Assembly (NCBI GenBank): GCA_964057225.1
Contig: OZ059895.1
Coordinates: 5,704,001-5,768,000, forward strand
Direction: 5' to 3'
From: Auanema rhodensis
Taxonomy: Eukaryota; Animalia; Nematoda
Length of the DNA: 64,000 nt
The translations under genes were made by a program, and so were the position numbers. Positions 14,269 to 28,196 of the stretch are shown here, piece by piece (position 1 is the stretch's first letter; each line of letters opens with the position of its first letter). Under the pieces are notes generated by a model. It had not been told where the DNA came from, ran no database searches, and saw nothing but the letters and a program-made list of their open reading frames with translations.

Positions 14269-16063
14269 TCAGAGATCGCGTTCCTTCTTCACACACGGCT
14301 CCTTCATCACTGGAGGTGACACAGGTGAAGAGTTACCAGAAAAGCCTGATGATCGATTCGGAGTCGGTGGTCGGTTATTGCGGTTGATGTAAAAAGCTCG
14401 ATCAGTAGGAGCCCACCGTTCTTCATTTGTGCCCAGAACCCTCTTTCCTGAAAGAAAAACAATGAGAATATTTAAAGGAGAAAAAGAAAAACAATAAAAT
14501 TATAATTTATCTGCAAAACAAAGAGCGTATGTTCTACCCTTGATAATCAAGAACAATTATACAACCTTCTTCACTTTCTCCCACTCCTCCATTTCAAAGG
14601 AGGAAAACAAAGCTCAGATGGAAAGCATTCCCAAAATTCAATAATACTTACTTGGAGCCATAAACGCGGGTGGAGCGTTGACAAAGTTCTGAGATGGAGG
14701 CGGACCACACATACTTGGAGAACCAGGGAACGGTCCTACAAAAAATGGTGGCGGTGGTAGCATTGGAGTGAACGGTGGTGGTACAGGCCTTCCCTGAGTT
14801 CTGGAACAAATAGAGTTTGCCAGAAAAAAAAGAAGAACGTCTTACGTCATCGGCGGTGAGATCCTCACTGGCAACATGCTTGACGTGCGGATGAAAGTAG
14901 GTGGTGGTGGAGGGTACAAGAAAGAGCAATCAGGGCCCATCCGCTGTAAAAAAACTATTTACAAAAAACTAATGATGAAAAAAATGTACTTTTGGAATAG
15001 CTGGAGGTGGCCGGGATACATCAGGAATCAATGGCGGAAGTCCAGGGCCAACCAGAGGCCCTAACGGAGGTGGGCGAGCAGTATCAGGTGGTGGAACAGC
15101 ATAAGGATGCATAAGCCCTCGGGGAGAGGAGTTACCCAACATGGAAGGTGAGGGAAGACTATATATATAACAATATAATTTTCAAAGAAAACTACTAATT
15201 CTTACTTTTCTTTCTCTTCGTTCTCATCTTCTTCGCCCAAGCTTTCCAGTTTAGCTGTCATCTCAGCAACAATTTGCCGGGTGTGCTCATTGAGTTGATC
15301 TTGATTTACATTTGAAATAACCTTTGCCGTTGCTTCTTTCTCCAATTTATGCATTTGTTTCATTGATCTGAAAACCCAATTATCAGAAATCTGCATGTCA
15401 AACCAACAAACTTACTCTAACAACTTGACACGACTATTGATCAAACGCTCGTGTTCCTGAACTAATCGGGCTGTTGTACTAACCAAATCTACTAATTGAC
15501 AATCAGGAACAGTTTGCATCTGCAAATCTCATAGTTTAAAAAATATTAATGTTTTCATACCAAAGAAACATCTGAAGATAAAATATCGTCCGAGAATGAT
15601 TTTAAGATGTGAGGAGAAACATTATTTTCATCGTTAGCAAACATATCTTCCAATTTACACGTTGATGGACTAAAATTCCATTGAGATGGTGCATCAAGCA
15701 TACTCCGGGATAATTGTTCCTCCGGTTCATCAACAGAATCACACCAAGCGGAGAATATCTCCTTCGCTCTAATAAAGAAATTGAAAAATTACATGAAAAA
15801 AAAGAAAAAACAAAACATACCTGCTAAATTCTCCATCTTGCACATCCGTTTTCATTTCTGATTCCTCTTTGTCATCCAAAGATTCATCAGTCAACTCACC
15901 AGACTCACTCCTAGATAGCGAATACATTCGAAAAAATAAAAAAAATAAAAGCGAACCCGTCATTCGATGAAGATGGAGTTTTTACTTTAACAGTACAATT
16001 GACTGTATCAAATGGATCATCCAAATCCAAATAGGATGATGAAGGAGTGACGTCTTCTTCCAT
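14269..16063 (-). CDS. Uncharacterised protein: acidic N-terminus, predicted coiled coil, proline-rich C-terminal half
   Basis: About 9 exons with GT-AG introns from MEEDVTPSSSY to KEPCVKKERDL*, including multiple PPPP tracts. TTTCAG acceptor ~11 nt before the ATG. Confidence 0.7.
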
Positions 16064-17344
16064 CCCGTCAACGGCTGAAACAATAAACGTTTTCAAAACA
16101 AGATTTCGAAATACTGTGAATGATAATTCGATCGATGCTTATCAAAGTTACAATATTACTTATTTGTGAGAAAATTCAGAGAAGTTCTTTTTGGCAAGAT
16201 TACAGAATGCAAAACGTTCTATGGCGTCCGCTTGTCAATTCTCAACGTCTGTCCATTGTTGAGAAACGGAGAAAAGCGCTCTCTAGCAACCCCTGCACAG
16301 CTGTTGTTAAACACCGTACAAACACCCTCGAAAGTACTTGCTAGTAATCACTTCCGCTACTTACGTCTTCTTTTTTGACTGTGATCTATATACAAAATAT
16401 ATCACATTAATCATTTATACTACATATGAAAAGTGAAACTTTCAAATCCGGATGTGGAGTAATGATAAGAATTTGGTGTCTTTTTCTATTTTAATCATGC
16501 GTTTGTTATACAAAACGAGATAAAAAAGAACAATCACGTTCAAACAATGAACGCCATATTCTTATACTACACAAATAATCAAAGGAAAGTAATTACACCA
16601 ATAGAGCTGGGAGAAAAAGTGTTCAAAGGCCAAAATGTTGAGATTAAAGCAGCCCCAAATATCGATGCGATCAGAAGTTAGTACGATATCAAAGCTAAAA
16701 TTTAAAAATAGCTGCAATCTTTATAATAATGAAATGAAACGTATATATAGTTTGAGCATGAACGAAAACATTTACAACGATATTACGCGGGCTTTCTGTA
16801 AATGCTACCTAATAAGGTCAACATCATTCAGAGTTAAGGCCAAAGGTGGTTTCTGCAGGGTTCATCTGTTGAACTTACAACTCTTAGATCTATCTTCAAA
16901 TGCCCCCAATCAATCCAAGGAAAAAAAGTTGTTTATGTTAGTACCGTTGGGAAAAACTGCGAAAAGAAGTTTACCTTGTGGAAGCAGACTATTTTTGTAT
17001 TTTCGGAATTCCCGCAGGTATTAAGATGCCGTGAATATGTTAATTGAAATATTCTACCTGATTATATCAGCTGATTGTTATCAGCTTATTTGCTTTTAAG
17101 GGACAGACAGTCCAAGTAAGGAAAGGTGGGAGCACCGTCTTTAAAGCTGTCGCTGGAAGACCTTATTTCCCATTCAAAGGCGACTCGAATTTTCTTTGGC
17201 AAAATAAATTTGTTTTATTAATATTATTTAATATTCAAAAAAAAAATTCTCATCAAATCACAATTCTTAATAAAGCTTTCTCAGGACAACAGTAACTCTT
17301 ATTTTGTTTATTATTATCTTAAACTCTACTGACGACTTTCTCGA

Positions 17345-20257
17345 ATGAGTCAACCTATTCCTCCACACATCAACTCTGCTACACCATGGGACCTGTCTCA
17401 AATCAATAGTATCGTATGTAAAAAATTTTATTTCTAAAAATTTGAATATTTGAGCACATAAAAGTAGCTTGATCAGTTATAGATTCCTAATCCAACTGTA
17501 GCCTCAAGGTTGAGACCAGTACAGTCAGCAAACGCGCTTCCTATTGTGTTGAGGTAAGACAACAAAAACGAGAAATATTTTACAAAATACATCGGAAATC
17601 ATATTTTTATTGAGAAACAAAGAGATAAAATTTAGCAGAGAAAGTGATGAAAATCAAAACTTGAATGATTTTGAGAAAAACAACCGTTCTCACTACTCAA
17701 ATCACACAAAATAAAATGATCATCAGTGACAAAAAGTACAGGAGTACGTGATGTTGAAATAGCATCTTGTTGATGTTTTCAATTTTTTTTCGATTTTCAA
17801 ACAGATGTATTGAAAAAAACTGTAAATATGAATAGGTAATAATATCAGAAAACAAATGATAAAATATTGAAAAAACGTATTATATTTCAAGAATTTTTTA
17901 TTCCTTTGCATTCAAAGAAAAAGAAAATAAAACACGCCATACAAGCGGGACAAATTTGAGAAAATCATCTTCATTCGGGAAAGTTTTCAAAAAAAATTTA
18001 TTTTATCAAAAAAAATTTCAGTTTTTTCTTTTCAGCTCGTATCAATCGAAACCATCGCCGATTCCAACTAACTACCAGCTGGTTCATCCAGCTTATTTGT
18101 CCAGCAATTGCAATCCAACAACAGCCCCAAAAATTGATGACCAAGCGGATTTAATGACTCAAACAATTCACAATTCAACACTTTCGGTATAGCTTATGCA
18201 CGAAAAAGGGAAATCCAACTAAAAATTTCCTGCAGGATTCTTTGTCTCAAGTGGCTTCTTTTCATTCATATCCGTATCAGGGAGTTTCGAATCAAACTTC
18301 CTTGACATCGCTTCCGTTCATATTTCAATCAGATCAACTTTTACTCACACAATTCCAGCTTCAACATCAACTTCCTCTTCTTTTAGCTCCACCTGATCAG
18401 TTACGAACTCTGAACCTTTCAAACAATTCAACGCTTTCTGCTGAGAATACTAACGGTAAACATCGCATGTATTATAGTTTTCAGAGTATTTGAAGTTTCA
18501 TACAAAATAAAAAAAAATTACATCAAATTATATAATATACGTTCTTATAGTTAAAAGTATTTTTACTAGATACTGATGATTATTTGGTATGACTTGATGT
18601 TGTCATCACTTTAACCATAAAAAAATCTCTAAGAAATAAAAAAAAATTTTTTTTTTCAGTTCAAACAAGTTTCTCTAATATATTCCCAACATCAACATCT
18701 AATAACTATGTGGCTCAAATATCTACCTTGGCAAATCAGCCTATCATGCCATGCGATGTTCCGACAACGTTAAATCATGTTAAGTCATGTGAATCTATTC
18801 CCTCTTCGGAAAAAAATAGATTGTTATCAAATAATATTTTATCATCTATATCATCTTCCGTGAGTTTCCTTTTTAAACTCGAAGAAAAATTAGTTTGGGA
18901 AAAAAATCTATTATATCGAGTTGAATTGATGAATTTCATAGAATATATAATCGTCATAAAATTTGAACTTAGTTTCTATTTCTGAAAAATCTAATGAAAG
19001 AAGTTTCGTTTTAAGAATTGTAATACGTTCTTTTAAAATTTCAAAAAAAAAAGAGTTCTTCGTTTTCAATTGAATGTTTGTAGGAATTTGACTAGACTAC
19101 CTTAAAAAATGAAAAGAATGTTTCTAAGAGAGAGAATAATAACATTTTTACAGAATGTTGAAGTTGGAAGTTCTGAACAAAATGTTCAAAATGAAAAAGC
19201 TCCTCAAGTTATTGAGAATGTACCGAATGAAGATGTGGTAGGTTCATAACCTATAAGTGATTTGAAATAAGTTATAAACTTATTAAATTCAGGCATTCAG
19301 AATTAATCGAGCTAACTCACCCTCTAGTTTAGATCATCCTATTTCTAATTGCTCTGAATTAAATGAAATATCAAATCAGTAATTAAAAATAAAAAAAATG
19401 CTTCTATAAGGATAAAATTATCTTACAGAAATGAAGAACAATCTTATGAAAAACCTTTTGTGATGGGTGAGATATCAACTGAAACGTATTACCCAACTCA
19501 TTTTTTGAGAGGTTCTATGATCTGTTTGGCCAATGGGACACTTCGTAAAGTGATTTGTTTTGAATGTTTTTTGTAAGCAATTTGTTTTTCAGGTAGAAGA
19601 TCTGAGTACGGATGATTTCCTTTCAGCAGCAAGTAAAACATCAGAATTCTCAATTGAACCATCTACTTACCTTGGCTGCACTAAATCTAATAACCATGCT
19701 CAAATATTTTTTTCAGCAGAGAACTCGGAACGAGAAGTAATTTTTATACTAAAATGATTCTAAAAAATTCAAATTTTTAGTATTCTATCGATGTTCAGCT
19801 AGAATATCCTTTATTTGTATTAGGAAAAGGTTGGTGTTCAATTGAACCTGAACGAACATTAGAAACATACGGATTAGAAGCAAAGCTTGTTAAGGTGCTT
19901 TTTAAAAATTTTGTGTGAAACATATGAACGTGTGTTATATCCTATTCAGGCTGGAGATATTTGTATAACTATGAAGCAAAGACATCTAGAACTAGATATC
20001 TTAGAAAATGTGGTACCTATTACCCAAGCTCATGATATTAATCAAAGAGAAATACAATTAGCTACCTGGAGAGATGAACTTGAAGAGAACATGGTATATC
20101 TTGCCTCTTAATTCCACCCCTCCCCCCCAAACCCTAACATTTTTAGACTGAAACTCATATGGAATGTATGAAACATGGCCGAGCTTCAGCACCACCGCGA
20201 TTGGAAAAAATATGTACCGGACCGCTGAGTTATAGATATGAAATGTATGAAATATGA
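17345..20257 (+). CDS. Ataxin-1-like AXH-domain protein
   Basis: YYPTHFLRGSMICLANGTLRK|VEDLSTDDFLSAA...EYPLFVLGKGWCSIEPERTLETYGL...AGDICI matches the AXH domain. Q/P/S-rich N-terminus; AATAAA at 20322. Confidence 0.85.
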
Positions 20258-20327
20258 GAAAAATATTTTGAAAATTTGTCCACGAACGTTTCTTCATCAT
20301 CTTAATGTCATTTTCTTATTCAATAAA

Positions 20328-20699
20328 CGAAAATGAATCACAAATTTAAAGGAAAAAAATTGAAAACACTGTGGATTTCAATCTTTCATATACAAAAGTG
20401 ATGAAAATTCTCAAATATTTTTGATAAAACTTGATAAACCACATACACCTACGGTTTGAGTCAACGTTGGTGATTAAACTACTTGGTATTTATAGCTTGC
20501 TTATTTGTAGAAAAAAATTAAAATAGTTTATTTGCTCATTATTTAATTATTAAATTAATTATTATTTTTGTAATATTTTAAAATAATTAAAAATATAAGA
20601 AAAGCAACTTTTCTATATTGATTCAAAAATTCATGCCAATCAACCGATCTCACGTAGTTTCTAATTAGAAATTAAAATTTCGAATACAAGCTGTTAGCG
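20328..20699. repeat. 372-bp direct repeat, copy 1
   Basis: Identical by eye to 23537-23908 (CGAAAATGAATCAC...GCTGTTAGCG). Confidence 0.95.
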
Positions 20700-23536
20700 C
20701 CAAAAACACTTTCTAGCTATTTCATAGCTATTTTATTGAAAGAAACTCGAATTCGCAATTATATTGTTATAATTAAACATTTTCTATTTGAATATATTGT
20801 ATAGTTTTCTTAAACTTCTTGTACTTTTCGAATAACATCGCTTCAAAAAAATGTAATATTGTACTGTAATATTCATGGCTGTTCATATGACAAAAAGTTG
20901 TATTGTGTCAATGTATCGAAACCAGGAAGTATATGAGTATACATGTTGATCATTCTTAAATTTTTGTAGAAGCATATTGCTAGTGTCAGATTTTCTTGTA
21001 AATTTGCTTGTTCATCTAGCAAAACAGATTCATTATGCATAGTGGACGTCATGGTGTATTTGAACAAGCCTTATCCGATTAGCTGAAATAGGCTTGGCAG
21101 GATTTGAAGAAAGATATGGAGGCTAGAGGTTGCAGAGATGTAGCCAGCGCTGATTCATTTCCAATGAGCTTGTTTTAATGTCGATGGCTTCATCCATTTG
21201 GCCATATAACAAATCAGTAGAAATGTATATCTGTTCTTACTCTCCATGCTTTTAGTACTCTTTCTTTGAGTCTTTGTCTTTCAAACCTTCTAACAAGCTG
21301 TGCAGTAGAATAAGAACGGCGAATAAGATGAGGCACATCGTAATCATTTCAGGAAGTACGTCTCGTAAGGATTTATGATGCACCAGTTTCACATTTCAAA
21401 GCTTTTAGCTCTTTAATCAGAGCATCTGTTCCATCAACAGTCGTGGTCGGACCACCCGTTCTTCGCCTCTTTTAACGACCTTGCTGCATGTGGTCCTGGT
21501 ATGTCTTATAGTTTGTACTATTGTTAGTTTGGACCCGTAAAAACATATAACCTGAGCGTTCCAACAGACACATTGTCTAAATCCCCAAGTACTTGTCGCT
21601 ATTATCTTTGTGGAACACCGCGGGGTAGTGTTATTGAGACTACTTGTTCATTGGGTACTACCCAAGGATTTAAATTAGCTCTGTATTCAGAAGCTTCAAT
21701 TGAAACCTCGGGGGATCGCACCCAAGACGAGAGGAACTGGATGTCTACAACGCCTCAGTGGGGTATTCTAATAAGGGCAGATTAGTCTCTTCTAAAAGGG
21801 TAATTAGCTATGAGAATACAAGATTTTCTTCTCTCGTAAGTGAAAGAATGTATGAGATCGAGAGAGAGGGGAATGAAGAGCCGAGCGGGAAACTGCGGGG
21901 TCGTCATCATCATCAGATGCGGTCAATGAGTGAGAAGAAGGAACTCGGAAAGTATTGAAGAACACACGATAGTCGTCCTTGTCAATCTATTCTTTTCCTT
22001 CTATCATCAAACGAAGCCGCATGTATAGATGGAGATAATGACAAAAGCGTCGTGTAGTCAGTCACCTTTTTCACTCTTCTATACGGCCTGATGATGATGA
22101 TGACAATATGACGAGGCTAGTTGATGATCATGATTAGGACGGATCATCCTCATTCTCATCATCGTAAACGTCATCGTTGTCATCATCATCGTTACCGATG
22201 TTGCCATCAAACTAGAGGTCAGCAAACTGCGCTGTCAAATCTGATAACCATCAGAGTAATATCCTTATTTGACTATATGTGTGGTTTCCGGTATATACGA
22301 ACTCATTATCTTCCTCCTATATTATCATACCCCTAGTCAACATTAACGTTCGTCTGTTTGTTTCATAAGCCGTTCAACGACGCAACACACCAGATAGGAC
22401 TTTGTATTTCCCACATCTGCTGACTAAGCCTTCACCTTATATGTCTATTGTGCATACCACAACAGGGTTCTTTCTATTACTTCTAGGTCAGTGTCTATTT
22501 TGAAACAGAAATACAAGATGTGGGATACAGCGGCTTCATTCATACCACTTTTATTCAGTTTTGCCCATCATTGAGGAGCAAAAAAAGAGGGGAGGGAGAA
22601 TGAGAGGACGATGAATAGTTTAGGAAATACGTTGAAATATCTGTCAAGCTATTTCGTTCATTTTGCGTGCTAGAGAGCGCAATGTCTGCAAACCTTTTAA
22701 GACAGAACGAGGAAAAAAACGAATCAAAAAAGCCATTTGACCTAGAGAGAGAGAAATATTTAGAGAAAGAGAGGGAGGGATAGAAAGACAGAAGCATGAA
22801 AAAGTTGTCCTTCTATTTCATTCCAATGACTAGTATTCCTATCTAGTAATACTTCCAATTAATTATTTCCATTGAACTATCCTTCCACAGTGGTATTATA
22901 CGTCTATTTGTTGTCTGATATATTATTTTGGCAAGCTTATATCATATGGTTGCTCTATTCTAATACACTCTCAGTGTCCTCCAACCCTTCTTCTTCATGT
23001 ATGTACCCTATTGTCCTCGAGTGCACTTGCATATATCACCGTCATCTTACTCTTCTTATCTTCTTTTCTCCATATTTGTCTTCAGACCTCTCGTTACGTT
23101 TTCTTAATTACTAAAAAGTATCAATTTGACTTTCCAACCCTTCAGAATTTTGAAATTTTTTATTATTCTTGTTTTGATATTTCTTCACCTTTGATCTACT
23201 GACGCTCAAACAACATTGCCTAAGTTTCAATGTTCGGTTTGCTTTTATTCCAATCCAGGCTTAAGCTCTTAGCAGCAAAAACCAAATCCTTTAGTCCTGA
23301 AATTTGGCTCACACAAAGTTTGCAGATTGTGTTGTGGCTATTCCAACACTTCTACTAACTCCACGTTGTACAGCCAATAATTTCATCCGATTGTTACGAA
23401 AATAGTAACAATTACCATTAGTCATACGCACAATCTAGATGTCTCCACAAAGTTTTTAAAATATGTTTTCAAATGCTAAAAAAGCTAAGATAAATGGAAC
23501 TTCGTTTCAATTTTTTCAGGAAAAAACATTAAAATG

Positions 23537-23908
23537 CGAAAATGAATCACAAATTTAAAGGAAAAAAATTGAAAACACTGTGGATTTCAATCTTTCATAT
23601 ACAAAAGTGATGAAAATTCTCAAATATTTTTGATAAAACTTGATAAACCACATACACCTACGGTTTGAGTCAACGTTGGTGATTAAACTACTTGGTATTT
23701 ATAGCTTGCTTATTTGTAGAAAAAAATTAAAATAGTTTATTTGCTCATTATTTAATTATTAAATTAATTATTATTTTTGTAATATTTTAAAATAATTAAA
23801 AATATAAGAAAAGCAACTTTTCTATATTGATTCAAAAATTCATGCCAATCAACCGATCTCACGTAGTTTCTAATTAGAAATTAAAATTTCGAATACAAGC
23901 TGTTAGCG
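23537..23908. repeat. 372-bp direct repeat, copy 2
   Basis: Identical by eye to 20328-20699. Confidence 0.95.
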
Positions 23909-26900
23909 ACAAAATAGGATATTCATTAATTTTTGATTAAATAGCACGAAACAGCTTTGATTGCTTCTTTTATATCCCTTCCTGGACTGTTAATGAGAAC
24001 TATTTAATAGATTTTGAATTTCGCGCTCATACTGAAAGTGCAATACCAAATTTGGGATAAGTAGATTTCGTCATTAAAACGATTTATGATAATTTCATGA
24101 AGATATATTTAATAACTTTTTGTCCTTTTTTCATAATTCTGTAATTTGATATTTGAAGTCTGCTAATGATTTATTGCGTAACAATGGCTATGCGATTGAA
24201 TCTCAACAACGAATGGCGTCTGCTGATGTAGCTTGCTTCGCTCCTTCGAAATTCTTTCGATTAGATCATATTATTATAAACTTTTGTTACAATCTTAAAA
24301 GTGTATATATATATATATATATGTGTGTATCTTATATTTCTTCCACTTCACATCTTTTTTAAGCAAGTCTTTGTTATGCTGTTCTCATGTTTGTGGAGGT
24401 GTTTGTGTCGAAAGCGATAGGAAAGCGTTCTTTACTAATATGCTATGATTAGACATTAAAGTAAAGGAATGGAGGTGGCGTGAGAAACGTGTGGGACGGG
24501 AACATTGGTACATATGAGTCAGCTCCCTGATTAACAATTGACTTTATATACCAGTTGGCTCCCTTTTTTATTAGGATTAGCTTTGCTCTACACATCACCT
24601 TCCACCCGTCTGTCATGTGTGTATGGAAACACAGTGTAGCGGTAAATTTTCTTTCTTTTGGTTTCAAACCTATTGTTCATTGAGTGTGGTCTTAAGTTGG
24701 AAGAAATCACACATTATTATTTCATTGGAAGTATGCACTTGTTGGCCTATTAGTCATCCTAAGGTATCTGAAGTTTGTCGTTGTCTTTATTCTGTGAACA
24801 CTCTTTTCATTTCAATACCTTCTTTCGCTGTTCTTCGTACACGAGGACTTCGTTGACAACGACGACGATGACTACAACATTAGCTAGCTGTTTTCAACAC
24901 CTCGTATATTTCTCAACTCTCACAGCAATTTCAAAAGCGGCTAATTGAATGTCTTGTCCCGAAATATCAATGTGAAATTGTTTCGTCGTGCATCTCACTG
25001 TTCACTTCTTATGTCATCTCAAAATATTCCAACTTCATCGTCAAATTCAACGAAAAATAAGACACAGACACAGAAGTCATTCTTTCGAAATCGACTTTTG
25101 TCCTCACTCCTCGGAATGATGTAAGTGGCCAAAGTTCATGTACTGTTGGCGGTGTGCCAGCCTCTTTCTCTCTCTTAGTTGTTTTCTCCTTCCGGTCAAA
25201 GTTCTCGAGCAAGGAGGTCCTGAACTTTACAAACATTTCTCTTCATCGCTACTGATGATTCATATATGCGACTACAGGGGCTGATCTTCCTAATGTACTC
25301 AGCTATTTTTCTTTTTGTTATCAATCTAGAACGAATGAGTCACTCAAACATCCAAATTATCGGTATATTCATCGGTTTTTTCAACACTTTTTTGCGATAT
25401 GACTGGGATTCATTGAAAGAAGAGGAGATTTCACGAACATATATAATCCGAAAATACTCTATCCCTCAGCCTCGATATTTTGCAGTCATTTTCAGGATAA
25501 ATCTTTAGGTTATTCATCTTACAGCATTCATTCTCAAATTTTCTATAACTAATCTCTTTCATTCATGACAAAGTCTACATAGACACACAATTTGATATAT
25601 TATGTTCTTTGAGTAGGTACAAACATATGAACACTCTCCTTTTTGCTTTGGCTTGTCATTCTTCTCTCTCTGTTTGACGTTTCCGGTCCGGAACTCTGTT
25701 ATTCTTTTATACATAGACTATATTTTAAAATACCGTGCAATCCCGCCTTTTTTGTTTCCTTTTTTGACCTCCGCCCGCCTAGTTAAGGTTCATATATTTA
25801 TAATATATAACTTCTGGTTTTATATGTTATTACCTAATAGGGAAATGAAGACCCTAGAAGGATATAGTTACAGCCCAGGTGTCGTTCTCATTGTTATATT
25901 AGGTACTTAGATCATTTCATTGTTCATTATTAAATGTATATAACACTTTAATTATTCGTTATTTAATCATATTATGTAGTGTTGTAACCTAAGGTCTGAA
26001 ATCTCCTTTCCCATAAATAATCGTTCCTTTGCTGAATGAGCGGGAATTGTTGTCATTCATCAAGGACACCTCCACCTGTCGTTCTGTTTATGCTTTAATT
26101 TCTTGGTTTCCTCATGTTCTTTTCAATTTTTCATTTCCTTAACTACCATACGTGACCCAACGTCAAATTTTTGATCTTTATATTCCATTTGATGTTGTAT
26201 ATTGTTTTGTATCTTTGCTTTAATTCTTTTTGTTTTCTCTATTTTAGGATATAATCCTACTTTCATCCGTTTTCCTTCCTGTCGCTCTTTTCAAGACGCT
26301 GCACTTTTTCTTTTACTGTTTTTCTGAACGTTCAAAGTATTCATATATGTCAGCTCTTCTGCCTTCATTTTATGAGCTTTTTTTGCCAGAGTTTTAGAAT
26401 TTTACTTTAGCTTACATTTAGAGCAATCTATTGATTTTCTCAATTTTTTTAGCTTTTGGTTTTATAATGCTTCTTTTGTCGCTTTCTATCGTTTTTCCAT
26501 GACTTGCAATTGTTTTTTCGGCAAGCAAACTGTCATTTTGCAACTTGTCTGCTTTTAGCCCAATCTATTCTAAATCTGATAAGCTTTAGCAAAGTATTGC
26601 TGGACCTCTATGCTCCTCATCGCCCTTGAAATCTACGTTTCCCCTTGAAATTTGGCAGCATGTTACTATAGTGGATGTTTCTGGAAACAAGAAACTAGTA
26701 CCTGAAGGCAAGCTAGCAGTGATTATTAATCATATGTGGCAACTTTCGCTTCCCTTTTCTCCTAACGTACTTTACTGGTATTTCTATGTAATAACACCTA
26801 TTATTATCTCTTCGGAAGATATAATATACGTTGACACCCTAATGCCCCACGCTCCATTGACTAATTTCGGTTGATCCGACACCCTCTTCAGGACACATGG

Positions 26901-28196
26901 ACCCGGCCGCACTGCCTTTCCGCCACGGGGGACGGAGGCGATAGCGACATCGAATTTAACTCTGCTCCAAGTTTCGTTCTAATGATTATCGTTGACAACA
27001 GTCTTTTCTTTCAAGATGATACCTGTCGTTCCAAATCTACACCTGTGACAAAGATATACCGTAATCAGCGTATTATCATCTATAATCTATACACGGCCGT
27101 CTATTAATGTGCCTTCGGCTGCGGGGGGTAGTTGGTTAGTCGTCGTACTTTCTGCGTTCCTTTGCGAAATTCTGGGCCAGTGTTCCAGCCGACCTTCTTG
27201 TATTAATTCTGAGCTTTCTTTATAATCACGTCTTCCGTAGTTTCTTTAGTTATCGTATGGCCATATGTGTCATTTCATCTACCGTCTGTCGTTTTTACTA
27301 CATCTTCTGTTGCCGAAAATCGTTGCTGTGCCGCATTTCTCAATTGTTCCTCTCTTTGATTGGCACGCCGATCTGCCTTTTGTTTTGCATTTTCAGATCT
27401 TCTTACATTCCGAGCATATTTATTCAATTATATCTCGAAACTTATCATCATACTTCTCGTTTTTTTCTAATTTCATAAGAAGAGGCAAGTAGGCGTGGTT
27501 TTTATTTGGAAGGCGGAGCTGTAGGGCGGAGCTTGAGAGATGATCGAGGGTTAGTGTGAGCGTTTGCTGTGCTGGACGCTGGGAGGGCATTCATTACTAC
27601 CACCATATTCTTTTTTCATCCATCTCTACAATTTCTGTACTGCCTTCGTTACCCTGCCATTTCTCATTGTTCGACCACCTCGTTGATCCCTCACTTAGTG
27701 TGTCCGTCCCCAGATGTTCTCTTAGCCCCTGACTGGCCATTGCATTGTCCATTTCGTTTCATTCCGTCCTGCCCCTGGTTGTCCCTTAGGCCGATGTCGA
27801 CGATTATCTGAATAACTGTCCTTCCGTCAGAGGCTCGTACGCTGTGTAGTATTATTGTATGACCACAACCGCTCAATGATACTTCAGTTTTTCTAGTTTT
27901 TTCTTTTTTCCTAATGAATTATTCTATGTAATGGATATGAGTTTCTAGTTCTTATTAGTTTTCTTTTTTTTAATTTTTTCTACTATTAACTTAAATTTAT
28001 TACCTATTCATTCTATCAGTTACTACTTTTTCTCATTTGCATCTCTTTATCTTTTATATACACTTCTGCTCTTTTGTTACCTCCTAACAGAACAAAAATT
28101 TAAAATTGAGTGACCTATGTGACCTACCTAGTGGACGCGCGCGTACCTGGAGCTAAAAAAGTTTAAAAAAACCCGTCGTCCCACCGCAAAGATTAT

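Noticed and set aside
20398-20460. C box plus CACCTACGG (18S-complementary) in the 372-bp repeat
   Set aside because: There is no proper D box and the match is only 9 nt.
22424-22432. Telomerase template-like CTAAGCCT
   Set aside because: It is a single 8-mer with no supporting pseudoknot or downstream H/ACA domain, and there are no telomeric arrays in the window.
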